A program made the position numbers and the translations under genes. Below, in pieces: positions 1 through 13,640 of a DNA stretch of 64,000 nucleotides. Source of the stretch: Octopus sinensis. Lineage: Eukaryota. The stretch covers positions 64,294,001-64,358,000 of the forward strand of contig NC_042998.1 of assembly GCF_006345805.1 (NCBI RefSeq), in the 5' to 3' direction. The notes under the pieces were generated by a model. It ran no database searches and was not told the DNA's origin. It worked only from the letters and a program-made list of their open reading frames with translations. Each line of letters opens with the position of its first letter. The stretch's first letter is position 1.

Positions 1-102
1 CACTGCGTGGAACTTTGGGCAAGTGTCTTTTACTATAGCCTCGGGCCGACCAAAGCCTTGTGAGTGATTTGGTAGGTGGAATCTGAATGAAGCCTGTCGT
101 AT

Positions 103-156
<54 letters not shown>

Positions 157-385
157 ATATATGTATATAAGTATATGTGTATATATGTTTGTGTGTCTGT
201 GTTTGTCCCCCTAACATCGCTTGACAAACGATGCTGGTGTGTCCTCTTCCCCGTAAATTAGCGGTTCAGCAAAAGAGACCGAAATAATAACTACTAAGCT
301 TAAAAATTGATGGGGTCGATTTGCTCGACTAAAGGCAGTGCTCTAGCATGGCCACAGTCAAATGACTGAAAGAAGTAAACGAGTA
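1..385 (+). mobile_element. SINE family A copy, 5' end cut by the window edge, with internal (TA)n/(TG)n tract
   Basis: Colinear with the complete tRNA-headed copy at 33697-34114 (cactgcgtgg...gggcaagtgt...agcctgtcgt-(TA)n-...cagtcaaatgactgaa tail). Confidence 0.85.
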
Positions 386-695
386 TGGGCATATTTTCTA
401 TTAGTGAAAGTTTTACAAAATATATATTACTCTCCCTACTCTCTCCCGCTTTCGATAAATAAGTATATATACATATTTACATACATATACATATGCATAC
501 ACTTACACATACATACTCTCACATACACGCATACGCATGCTGACGTAGAAAAAGTGAGGAAGCGGGAGACGTTAGGCAGTGAGAAATGCAACTGCAGAAT
601 ATGATGGTGCAATGCTTGCAATAAACAGCTATCAGACGTGAAGGGAGAAAATAACCAAACATCAGAATACGTATATCTATACACACACACACATG

Positions 696-760
<65 letters not shown>

Positions 761-774
761 CGAGAGAGAGAGAG

Positions 775-1510
775 AAAGTTAGAAACGGCTTCCATGTACA
801 AGTGAAGTCAGAAAATCCTCCACACAACGGTCGCATGTAATTTCGAAGAGCCATCAGGAGAAATTATGTGCAGCTGTGGTACCTTCCTATGGACGGCTCT
901 ACTCCGCACAGACCCCGCTCACTAATGTAAGGACATACCTACTAGTTTGTCTGACTAGTATTCAAACTCAAATTCATTTAAAGATTATCACCTCTCCAGG
1001 CAGATTTCGTCGTATCTTTTCAGCTATATCTAATTGTTGGCCCTTGCACTGTATTCAAGATGGCGATTGCTTGACGATGTTTGATGCACAGCAATAGCAG
1101 CCACCGTTAATGCCTGGTTCTAGTAAACCACCTGCATCCATACTCTACATGAATGTGTATTGCAATCCAACTAGCAATCATAAAGTCTTCTTTTAGAGTC
1201 TCATTAAGCTCGTCTCTCCAAACTTTAGCCGAATCTACACTAAAACATTAATTCAACAAGGCACATGATCTTACGTTCATCAAACCGTATTCACTCATCG
1301 GGCTGCTTCTCCGTTACTCTTAAAATGAGGTGTTTACATCTTAAAATATTTGCTCCCATCTTCCAATCTCCCTCCCAATTGCCATCATTTACAGCTTTGT
1401 CCTATTTTGAGTATGTTCTTGATCTTGACAAACTAAACTTTTCTACACTTATGTTTTTTCCGTTGATAATTTCCATCTACATAGTAGCGGCACCATAGAG
1501 CATAGTCAAG
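775..1510 (-). pseudogene. Possible very old RTE-like LINE C-terminal relic
   Basis: Frameshifted minus-strand remnants resembling LYGAxT, RSRGRP and DRxxWR motifs in the expected order; heavily decayed. Confidence 0.3.
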
Positions 1511-1534
1511 TATTCCTTTTGTCCCCATGTATAT

Positions 1535-1609
<75 letters not shown>

Positions 1610-1641
1610 TATAGGTATATATATGTATACATATGAGATGC

Positions 1642-1792
1642 AAAATTATATAAGTACTAGAGCTATGTTAACTAAACTACACGCACAAATATAAAACGTA
1701 ATATGCAGCTCTGCTCCGCCAGATTCTTCCCTTCCGTTACACATAAACACACATATGCATATAAATATATGTGCGTGTTTATACTTATATAC

Positions 1793-1868
<76 letters not shown>

Positions 1869-2118
1869 GTGTGTGTGTTTATATATATCATTGCGCGTGT
1901 GTATATATATGTATATTATATATTTATATCTACAAAGTATATATGCTGTTTGTATGCGTGTGTATATATGTGTGTATATGTGTGTATGTGTGTGCGTGTG
2001 TGTTTGTGTGTGTGCCTGAGTGTGTGTAAGAAAACATTAGAGAGAGCGAAACTACATATTATGTTTTATATTTCTGGGGCTTTACGTGCAATAGCTCTCG
2101 TGCTTATATAATTTTCTA
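1642..2118. mobile_element. MITE/foldback-like element: ~75-bp imperfect inverted arms around a (TA)n/(TG)n core
   Basis: 1642-1716 (aaattatataagtactagagctat...aaatataaaacgtaatatgcagctctgctc) matches the reverse complement of 2043-2118. Confidence 0.6.
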
Positions 2119-5100
2119 TCAAGTACTTCACTTCTTTTTGCTTTTAGTTCAATTAGCCTATGCCTCGAAATCGTCTCTCTTTTACAAGATAAGGTGAAAT
2201 AAAATGCATTTATCTCAAGAAACTGCATCATTGAATGTGGAGAATTAAATTGAATTAGTTTCAAGATAACTCAAAGTACAGTGTCTGATATGTTGTTAAC
2301 TTCTAAAACTTTAGAGAAATGTGAGAAAATTGATAGATAAGCGTTTGGGGTTTTTCGTATAAGATAATCATTTCCCCTAAAAACAAATTGAATGTGTATT
2401 TCATATTGAGGTTTCTCATTGCTTGTTTACACTAATAATATTTTGCTGCATAGTCGAAATTATATATGTATATACTTTGTAAAGAAGCCAAGTTTACAAC
2501 GAAATAAAAATAATACAAACAAATGGATAAACATTAAACCACACAGTATTATAACTATATATTGACGTACACATACATTTGAGAATGTGTAGGTACATAA
2601 ATAAATATACTTATATATGTATGCTTAGGTTTTATTTAGTTTTGTTAGATATTGAATGATATGATTACGCAAAGAGAGAGCAAGCGATGGCGGAAGGTGC
2701 TTTCGTCTCTCATTAGATTGTTGCATCATGTTTAAAATATGAAATCAAATTCGAAAAAAGACTAGTAGGAAATGTATTAAAAGTCAGCATCTCAATCTTA
2801 AGATATGCCGATAATAATGCTTATGATGAAAATGATGTTGCAAATTGTACAAAACAGCCATATCCAAACACTGGCAATGTAGAAATGTATGTATTATGAA
2901 AGTATAGATTGATCACTAGAAAAGCATCGTTAATAATATGTATATTACAGAACGATCACTCATGCAGAATGTAGCACTAATAATAAGGATGTGCATCAAT
3001 CACTGGAATACAATGAGAAACATATTTAGTTTGAAACAAAAGAAGGAATTAAGGAAACATATGCTCCTCCAAATATAATTCGCTTGTTCTAAAAAGGAAT
3101 GCTTGTTTCAGCTTACATTCAGTCTGCTTTAAACACATTTAGCATTATATTTTACAAGATTAGAATGCAAAGCAAGCTTTGTATTTTGCGTTGTTTAGTA
3201 CACAGTTACATTCATAGTTGTACACAGAGAAAATTATGTTTACAATACAAATCCTAAGCAATAAAACATTGTTAGAGAAATTTAAAACATTCTGTAGAGA
3301 AATTGACAGAAAATTCCGTTTCAAAATTGCCTTAATTAAATAAGGGAATAATAATATCATGGGTGAAATAACTTCATAGGTTTTGGCAGTTTTGGACGTG
3401 AATATCTGATCATTTTGTTTTATGAATGTGCCGGAATATATTAAGAGTAAATAATTATATTGTTGTTGTTTGATTTCCTAAAGCATTAGGCATTGAATAT
3501 ATTATATTATAGAAAATAGAATTAAAGAATTTTACTGGACATTTTATTGTATATACTTACAAATTAGTAAAAGAAAATGTAGCGCAACGTATAGAATTTA
3601 AGAGAAAAACTTTAGGAAGAGATGATATAGGCGCAAAATGAGGCAGGACGTTAAATGTATATGTAGAGGCTAAAGTCCATAATAAATAACGTTAGTACTA
3701 GAGATAACCCATTAAACTATCAGACTAATTGCTTTACTTTCAAGTGGATTAAAATAAAGTATGAATTTTTACCGAAATAGAAAGAAAATAGCAATTATAC
3801 ATATCGCCCAAGCATACAGAATTTTACTGAATTTCGGCGACTATAAATATATCGTAATGTACTTACAAACATATCTAATAAAGCTGAATGCAGATGCATA
3901 AGGAGACCAAGAATTATAGGTTTATATTACAACGCACTTTTATTTCGAAGAATAATCTTAAAAATATGAAAACCGGAAAACATGAATCGAGACATTACAT
4001 GTGTCTAAAGCAGAGTGTTGCTTGGTTGCACAGTGAAAGCACACTATCAAATAGGCGGACCGAAACAAGAATATCATTAACGAGTTCTTGTGTGTAACTT
4101 TTGTTGGTGCAACATATAATGAATAATAAGTTATAGAAGGGAGTCATGCATATTTAGATACATACCACTTTAAATATGATACTTATCATGTTCATTACAA
4201 CAGATGAGTTATATATCAGCATGAATATAAAGCGGTGCTTTTCAATCGAGTTATTTGGATGTACTACTGTTCCTACTCAAAACAACATACATTCACAGGC
4301 AGAAAAAGGCATACATACACGCATACATGCATATACACTCCCACACATATATAGGTGGATCTACTTAGTATTTATTTATACATATGTCAGTGCGTGTATG
4401 TGTGTGTGAGAGAGATAGAGATAGAGTGTGTGTGTGTGTGTGTGTGCGTGTTTAGTGTAAAGAAATTAGTGGCCTAATTGTTCGTGTGCTAGTTTCATGA
4501 TTGCATGACCGTGTGTTGAACTCCAGGAACAGTCAGTATTTTGTATCATTGGTCGAGACAAATTTCATGTCCTTTCTATTTAAGCGGCTTCATATAAGTA
4601 CGCAAGACAGAAAACGACATTTTATGAAATAATACTCGCCGTTTTTCATTTTATATATGTCCATAAGTTAAAGCAGCAAGTAGGTGAGTTTGTTCCGGTT
4701 TTTAATTAGTACATTTAACACATCTAGCAGGAATTATTTTATTAAAAGAAATCTCTAAACTTGTCTTTGCGTAAGTATGACCGAATTGAATGTAGTTATA
4801 AGTATTGCGTTAGAGTCCTTTGTCTGTGGACAAATTCATCTATTTCTCCGGGTCGTAATAGTGGAGTACAAAGGTGTTTTCATTTTGTGGCTCTGCAACA
4901 CTCACTGAAATCATAATTCATCTACCAAATAACATTTGGCATATTCGCCAAACTGTAGTTTTCAATATGCTGTCTCCTTAATAATATATATACACAATTG
5001 TTCATTCATATTTCCATTCACATACAATTATCCTTTCATTAGTAATCTTTGGTTTTACTCAATTATTCAACATTTAATTTCTATGAATTTTTCAATTTAA

Positions 5101-5692
5101 TAATATGGAAAATGAATTCAGATATATAACCGCTTGAAGTGCTTAACACAAATGAATGATGAATGTAAAGGAAGTTCGTTTCCTATTCCATAGATTTTCA
5201 TGCACATTGATTTACTTATTCATTTCCCTTATTAAATAGATTACAGTGCATAACAAATATCACAGATACAAACCGCAGCGCTTACTAAATGCGAGTCGAC
5301 CATATATTATTCAAATTTCTTTGATTTTTTTTTCCTTTGCTTCATACCAATTTTATATATCCAATATAAAATTTGGTTTCAACCTATTTGTTTTAAATGT
5401 AGTTTCAGAAGCTATTATAGAAATTTTACTTTTCCTTCATGCGTGCTGAAATTTATGAGAAAAAACAATCGATAATTGTAAAGCAAATTAAAGAAGGCGG
5501 AAGTTTCCTATATTTAATCATACGTCGGAAGATAATTTTTTATATATTAAAAAAATTAACCCTGGAGCATTAATACAATAGTATGATCTATTTTTTAACT
5601 ATAAAATACATGAGCAAAAACGAATCAGCAGCAAATGTCAGCGATACCATTGTGTATGTATATAAGTTTATATATATGTATATATATATATG

Positions 5693-5740
<48 letters not shown>

Positions 5741-5842
5741 ATATATAAGTACATGTATGTATATATGTACATGCTTATATGATATTCGTATATGAACGCA
5801 TATATATATACATATATGTGTATTTGTACTTATATCTATATG

Positions 5843-5891
<49 letters not shown>

Positions 5892-6690
5892 CTGTGTCTG
5901 TGTATGCAAATATATATATAATTGCGCATATCATATCTACAAATAAATCCATCATAAATGCCCATATACATATAAATATGTGGTGAATGTATGTTTGTAT
6001 GTATATTGAGAGACAAAGGAAGATAGAGATAGTGATAGAGATAGATATATAGATAGATAGCTATGATATTTGTGTGTATATATAATAGAATGTTTTTTGT
6101 GTAATGTCGTTTACATAAATTAAGACAACGATGGTATGTAAATGATGCCTATTTAACAAAAGGACGAAAGTCTCTATTTGATAACTATTCAATATTATTT
6201 AGTTAAATATGTATTTCAGATTATATTTGAAAAATCTGCTGTAATGATGCAAAAATCATTATGCAAAAAGACACAACAAAAAAAAAAACATTCATTAATG
6301 TATTTAACATATGAACATGCAGTGCAAAAACAAAAAACAATTTATTCAACTAAGTGTTTCACTGATGAGCAGAATTGGACTCCTAGCAGCCAAATCGGAA
6401 ATATTTCAATATTTAAATTCTTTGAATTCTTATTCAAATACTAATTTATATTAAATTTTGACAGAAGTACACATACAGACATTCATGCACATATGCGCAC
6501 CTACGCCACACACACACAAATACACGCGTGCGTGCGTGTCTGCAATAAGTTCATGCGTACAATACATTTTTAAATATTTTCCGGAGCTAGAATCGTTCTG
6601 CTGTGCAACTGCTGTCAAAAGACAAATCCATTAGAAGGGTAATTATCGCAGGCCTGAATTTAACATACAGTAATAAACAGAAGCACTTAC

Positions 6691-6753
6691 ACACATCGAA
6701 TTTTTGTTACGTCGGCGACGTTGAATCGTAATGTGTGCTACATTTGTTTTATT
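6691..6753 (-). CDS. Candidate 63-nt internal exon (NKTNVAHITIQRRRRNKNSMC)
   Basis: Minus strand gggtttctAG|exon|GTAAGT; length divisible by 3; one open frame; no recognised homology. Confidence 0.2.
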
Positions 6754-7067
6754 CTAGAAACCCATTATATTTGAACCTTTGAGATGAATTTAATATCTAT
6801 CATATAACATCGTGAGAAATTCGAAATATAATCTTATCGTTTACATCCGATTATTATAGAAAAATAAATGGCTAGATAGTAAGATGATTGAGCAAATGTA
6901 TGGCACCTAACAACCTCTGTCATTTCAATCTCTCTTAATGTTATCAAAGCCGAAGAGGAAGGAAGTGTATAGAACGATCACATTTCTACACGGGAGTGAT
7001 CCTTTCAAACACCATTTCATTAATCAAGCTATTCCTTTGAAAATGACTGTCTAAGTATATGAGTACC

Positions 7068-7068
<1 letters not shown>

Positions 7069-7162
<94 letters not shown>
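7069..7162. repeat. Pure (TA)n microsatellite, ~94 bp (one of many such tracts)
   Basis: Direct reading of the sequence. Confidence 0.95.
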
Positions 7163-7165
<3 letters not shown>

Positions 7166-7322
7166 AGAGTTTACGAAAAGAAAACAAAAGACGAAGAGAG
7201 GTGGTGTACAAAACAAACAGATGTATTAGTATAATGGTCAGGAATAGAAAAAGTCTTTTACATTCGAGCCTACGCTCTTCTACAGAAAGTGCAACAGAAA
7301 AAAACACGGTGAGAAACAAGGA
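7163..7322 (-). mobile_element. Short non-coding repeat (family G) with degenerate minimal hammerhead, Penelope-associated type
   Basis: Homologous to 51330-51490; minus strand CTTT-CTGTAGA-A-GAGC-GTAG-GCTC-GAA(--)TGTA-AAAG; abuts (TA)n. Confidence 0.55.
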
Positions 7323-7344
7323 TATATATATATATATATATTTA

Positions 7345-7755
7345 AAAATTAAGGGTAGAAATTGATATTAGTCAATTAAAACCAGTGGTCTAGCACATTA
7401 AAAAGAATCCGAAGATTAAAATATTTATATATACCAATTAAGGACTGAACACGAAAAGGTGGACAGTCAGCATGCTAGATATAGACGTCAAATCGCCATT
7501 CTCCACAAAGATTTTGTTCTCAAATAAAAATAAAATTCAGCACGACCTAAAGCAATGGATGAGGCAAAAGAAAAATACTAAATGGAATAATTATTCCATT
7601 TAGTATTTTTCTTTTGTCTCATCCATTGCTTTAGGTCGTGCTGAATTTTATTTTTATTTGAGAACAAAATCTTTGTGGAGAATGGCGATTTGACGTCTAT
7701 ATCTAGCATGTTGACTGTCCACCTTTTCGTGTTCAGTCCTTAATTGGTATATATA
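7345..7755. repeat. Repeat head followed by a 330-bp spacerless palindrome (7426-7755)
   Basis: Arms 7426-7590 and 7591-7755 are reverse complements with only 2 mismatches (7470/7711 and 7564/7617). Confidence 0.95.
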
Positions 7756-7769
7756 TATATATATATATC

Positions 7770-7904
<135 letters not shown>

Positions 7905-8612
7905 GTACGTATATATCAGACAAGCAGAATGAATGCTTCATGTTGAGATGTTGAGAAATATATTACATAAAAAATTTGGTGCTCGTCTCCATTTCACATT
8001 AAACCACGAAAAGCCACGGAAAGTCACAGTTTAGTCAACAAGAAATGAATGGGATCAACTATCCGTTGCTTATGGTTTTGGAATGTGACTTTGTTATTTC
8101 GTATATCATGAATTCCTCTCTATTTTGTATGTGTATTCATGGGGTAGAGTTCATACTTTTTTCACTTTTGTCGATATATTATGTGCTCCTTTTCGTTACC
8201 CTTGTGACTCTACATACATCCATATGCATATATATGCACACATACTCACATAACACACAGATATATACATGTAGATGCACACACATGAACATATATATGC
8301 ATGTGTGTGTGTACCTGTGTCTGCGTGTATGCATCTGGGTATGTGTGCGTACGTGCTTGTATTTGTGTGTGTCTGTGTGTAGTTGAAAGATCCTATTGGG
8401 ATATAATTGTCAAGAGAATCATTCCAGCCAGTGTGAAAGAAATATCAGTGCAAATATACAGCCAAGAAAGGTTCTGATAGCTTCATGCTTTATGATACTT
8501 AAACGGGCTTCATAAAAGCATGAAACACACTAGTGGCTATGTGTTTTGTGTATTTAAATTTAGATACATTCACACACACACACACACACACACCACACAC
8601 ACACATGCACAC

Positions 8613-8652
<40 letters not shown>

Positions 8653-8983
8653 ATATATATAATATAATATATATATATATATTATATATATATATATATA
8701 TCTATATATTATATATATCTATATATATATATATATATATATGTATATTATATATATATATGACAGTGATGATTTGTAATTTTTTTTTAATTTCACTGAT
8801 AGGTTTGTACTTTAATAATATATAAATGAGGAAATCTATAATATTTAAGTGGATTAATCTATATGTTTAGCATTCAGTTCCATAAAATATAGTGAAAAGT
8901 ATATAACTGTATTCGTAGTTATATTTAAGATACAAGACTTTCTTAGGCTATTTTTATATTAAATCATTTTGCATTTATGATTA

Positions 8984-9047
<64 letters not shown>

Positions 9048-9080
9048 ATATATATATATATATATGTATGTATGTATATA

Positions 9081-9205
<125 letters not shown>

Positions 9206-9566
9206 CCACATACACATATAAGTGCTGTTGTCTCACTTGCTACTCTCTATATTGTATTATCTCATCCTCAATCCAGCTTCATTTCAGAGACCTCTAGCCT
9301 ACGATTTAACGTGTATCGACCCTGTACTTGAAGAGCGTTACTCACTAGCATCTGTCAAGTAATGTTTGGTTCATGTGGGGCTGATTTAGCGTGTCGAGTG
9401 TGCCCTAATCTGCGCGTGACTATATTTGCTTACTTTAGCTTCTTCACCTCCCTGTTTAAATAAGTTTAAGTGGACTGACTATTGAGCTTTAAGGTTTCAT
9501 GTTATTCCAACATTTTTTCTGGAAACATAATTTAGGCAGAAGCACACAGCCACATACATACACACA

Positions 9567-9604
<38 letters not shown>

Positions 9605-10891
9605 TCACACATATACTTGTTGCGTAAAATATGAATTACTAGAACCCTGTGGCTATCACAGGCGGCTTATCATGTGAACTTGGCTGAGAGATTACAAAGT
9701 AATCCAATACAAAGGAGTATAATGCAGAGATCAATGCAGCTGAATTCCGGGATACCTAATCGATGAAATTATTTAATTGAGTATCAGATCTATAAAAAGT
9801 CAGAGGTATGAGAAGAGAATAAATTTATTTAACCGTTTGCAATCCATAGGATTATGGTCGTTTCAAAGCCTTGATCATGTAATAATAATTTCAGTGTAGA
9901 ATAAATTTTCTGTCGATGACTGTACTAATGTGCATGCTACAATATAACATTACATAACATAACATAATGTAATATAATATAATATAATATAATATAATAT
10001 AATATAATGCAATATAATTATATATTCATAATTCAATGCAGATAGAGAAAGCATCACCAGAACGTCATCGCTTCACTAATGATTCAGTACTAAATACACA
10101 AATGAAATTTATACCTATAGTATGCATTTATATATCGGTACATCATTTCGTATAATAGAACACAATTGTGTGAGGGTTGCTGTGTATGTTTCAGGATGTT
10201 AAAGCTTATGTGCATGTACTTCTATGTAGGCGTGAGCATTGTTTTGGTTTCTCAATGGTATTTTCCGATGTGGTTAGAAAATGTTGCTTAACGTAAAGTT
10301 TATATGCTTTCATGTATGGCGTTTAAACCGTCGAAACGTATTTAAAATTTCCTTTTGTTCAATACTTTCTCTCAGTTTTATCTTTCTTTGTTCAGTTGTC
10401 TGTTCCTTATTGAATCCATTTATATAATATTTTTATATATACTTTGATATATAGTATAAATAGTATTTTTATAGCTCACACAAATATATTACATCCTCTG
10501 CTTACCCACCTCTATTTATTGTGAACATTAAGGATGTTAGATCCCCCACATTAGTTAAAATGAAACAGCGTATTTTTTTAATTTCATTCATTATACCTTG
10601 CTAATTTTACATAGGTTTCTTCTTGCATACATGTATATATGAAGACAGAATATTTCTATATATATTTTGATTTGAAACATTAATGTAGCCATGATGTTCT
10701 AGCGATGTGATGAGGTGACATGTTCTTCTCCATTTAATTCTGAATATACCATATATGGTATAATGCGTGGGAATGCATATTGGTGCAGACGTGTAAAAGC
10801 TGAAAGTATTATATCAAGAGGGCGGCAAACGGTCGGAATCCTAATGATGATTAGTAGTTAAGTAAATATATTCCCCTCTGACACCTTCTGA

Positions 10892-10932
<41 letters not shown>

Positions 10933-10939
<7 letters not shown>

Positions 10940-11243
10940 TCTTTTACTCTTTTACTTGTTTCAGCCATCCGGCTGAGGCCATGCTGGGGCACCTCCCTTG
11001 TTGCTACCCTCTCTAAGTCCAGTTTGCCGTGGCTGGCCACTGATCTAAGAGAGAGTTTGTAGCTGCTGCCCTTAGGTTACCTTCGTACCTTGCAGTGGGT
11101 TCATCTGGGACCCCGGAAAGCAGCTTGTCTAGATGTTTTTTGAAAATGTCCACATCCGCATCATGTAGATCTCTTAGTTTTCTTGGCAGTTTGTTGAACA
11201 GCTGAGGGCCCCTGAACCCCAGGCTATTACAGTATCTGCTCCT

Positions 11244-11249
<6 letters not shown>
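10933..11249 (-). mobile_element. 5'-truncated 3' end of a CR1/L2-group LINE (ORF2 C-terminus, 3' UTR and (GAGTAAAA)n tail)
   Basis: Open frame [51 protein letters not shown]...SLLDQ to a stop at 11013, matching the typical ORF2 C-terminal pattern; short tandem tail. Confidence 0.7.
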
Positions 11250-11342
<93 letters not shown>

Positions 11343-11361
11343 TATATATATATATATATAG

Positions 11362-11393
<32 letters not shown>

Positions 11394-11459
11394 ATATATA
11401 TAAATAGTATATATATATACACATATATATATATATATATTCATACATATGCATATATA

Positions 11460-11502
<43 letters not shown>

Positions 11503-11837
11503 TACATATGCATATATATATGTATGTATATATATATATAATATATATATATATATGTGTGTGTATGTGTGTGTGTATATCTGTAAATGTGATATGTGAC
11601 AATTATTCGGTAGCCATGATAAAACTCTGAGTTCTGGATGCCGAGGTCGAAATCCACGCCGCCATCTCTGCAGTTATCCGGCCATCGCAAAAACTATGAA
11701 AATTAGCGGGCATTTTCACAGCATTCTCATAGCATTTTCATAGCATTTCAAATTCACAGATAAATTCCTCTATTTATATAATATCGAGGTCTTTTTCATT
11801 CTTTTGTTGTCTTTCCATTTATACTCACACACACTCA

Positions 11838-11878
<41 letters not shown>

Positions 11879-12221
11879 ACACACGCACACATTTATATAT
11901 ATATATATATATATCCGAAAAATAAGACAAGGTTGAAAATGCTAAAATAACTTTATCAGGAAGAATATTTTAGTACAGATTTCAATCTTTGCGATTTTCA
12001 ACTTGGAGTAAAAACGCATGAAAAACTGTGGAAAGGTTAAACGAAATGTTCTTTCCAAAAAATGTTTTCAAACTTTCCAAATGCAAGGGACATATTCCTT
12101 TTTCCAGTTTGTCTCCGTCTCTCTCTTTTTACTCTTGCGAGTTCTAGCAGTAGTTAGTAGGAGCTTGATAGGAATCCGTCTTTCTTTGTGTAAGCAGCAG
12201 CAGTAGTAGATAAATAAGTAG

Positions 12222-12394
12222 ATGAATAAGAAGAGGAATAATAATAAGAAGATGAAGAAAATGAAGATGAAGAAGGAGAAGATGATGATGATGAAGAAGA
12301 AGAAGAAGAAGAAGAAGAAGAAGAAGAAGAGGAGAAGAGAAGAAGAAGAAGAAGAAGAAGAAGAAGAAGAAGAAGAAGAAGAAGAAGAAGAAGA
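12222..12394. repeat. (GAA)n-dominated polypurine trinucleotide tract
   Basis: Direct reading; degenerate GAA/GAT/AAT 5' part, then nearly pure GAA. Confidence 0.95.
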
Positions 12395-12697
12395 ATGCGG
12401 GAGTGGTATGACAGTAGCAGGATGTTGGTGGAATCCATTGAAATTGTCAAGTGACCTAAAAGTGACCCGTTGTGGTTGGAATGATAATGACTGGAATTGT
12501 TCTGAATAAATTTATGTCAAAGAACTCCTTTGAATATATCGTTTTTTTATATTTGCGTGTGTGTTATTCTAAGGACCTGGTAGTAAAGTCATTTCTGGTG
12601 GATGCATTCGAAAGAGATTTATATTTTGTGATAAAGAGTGACCGTTTATTAATGTGTGTAGAAAGAAAACCATTATACAATACTATCTAGTGGTTAA

Positions 12698-13065
12698 GTG
12701 GAGGCTCAATGGCCCAGTGGTTAGGGCAGTGGACTAGCGGTCGTAGGATCGTGGTTTCGGGCGTTGTTGGTGTTTATTGAGCGAAAACACCTAAAGCTCC
12801 ACGAGGTTCCGGCAGCGTGTTGGTAGTGGATTCTGATGTACTCTTTCACCGCAAATTTCTCTCACCTTTTCTTGCTGTTTCTGCAGTAACGGTATTTCAA
12901 AGGGCTAGCCTTGTCACACACTGTCACGCTGCATCTCCCCGAGAACTACGTTGAGGTTATACGTGTCTGTGGAGTGCTCATACACTTAACCGTTAATTTC
13001 ACGAGCAGGCTGTTCTATTGATTGTATCAACTGGAACCATCGTCGTCGTAACCGACGAAGTGCCA
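12698..13065 (+). mobile_element. tRNA-headed SINE (family C)
   Basis: Head gtggaggctcaatggcccagtggttagggcagtggactagcggtcgtaggatcgtggtttcg with Pol III A/B-box-like motifs, followed by a ~300-bp non-tRNA body. Confidence 0.65.
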
Positions 13066-13311
13066 CGTGAGTAGTTCAGTTCTTCCCATTTGCAAGCAGT
13101 TACTTAAAATGAGTTGTTTAGTTGATAAACTCTTACAAATCACATTTTGCTAAAAAAAAATAGAAAAACAATAACATTCTAACTCCCTTGAATTTACTAA
13201 GGTATGGTTATTTTAATACTTGATATTTTTATTTATTAAGATTTCCATTATACTAACTGATTGATAAGCAGATGTCTCCATCATGGAATATAGTGTGTGT
13301 ATATGGAAATG

Positions 13312-13640
13312 CAAACACTTCCTTCCGTCATGAATGGCTGTGGGATTCCACCTAGAATTCTCCCCTTTGTAGCCCAAGGCCGGGCAAAGTTGCTTAGGGA
13401 AGACCAGCAGTCGCCCATGCATACCAGTTTCTTCTCTCTACGCCACATATGTTATCCAAAAGAACGGCAATAAAGCTGATACAGCTTGGCACTAGTGAAG
13501 CCACAACTCATTTCTACAGCTGAGTTAACTACACTTATATAAAGTGTCTTGCTCAAGAACACCATACAAAACCCACATATGTTATGCTTAGTTCCCAATC
13601 CCGACAGGTTACTTGTCGTTGCCTCAAGAGTGGAGCCAAT
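13312..13640 (-). mobile_element. SINE family D, decayed copy
   Basis: Reverse complement shares gtgttct..agcaa.acacttt, ctcagctgtagaaatga, gtgccaagctgta and ctgctggtcttcc with 53441-53768. Confidence 0.75.

Noticed and set aside
10745-10762. 18-bp palindrome tataccatatatggtata
   Set aside because: Expected by chance in AT-rich sequence of this length.
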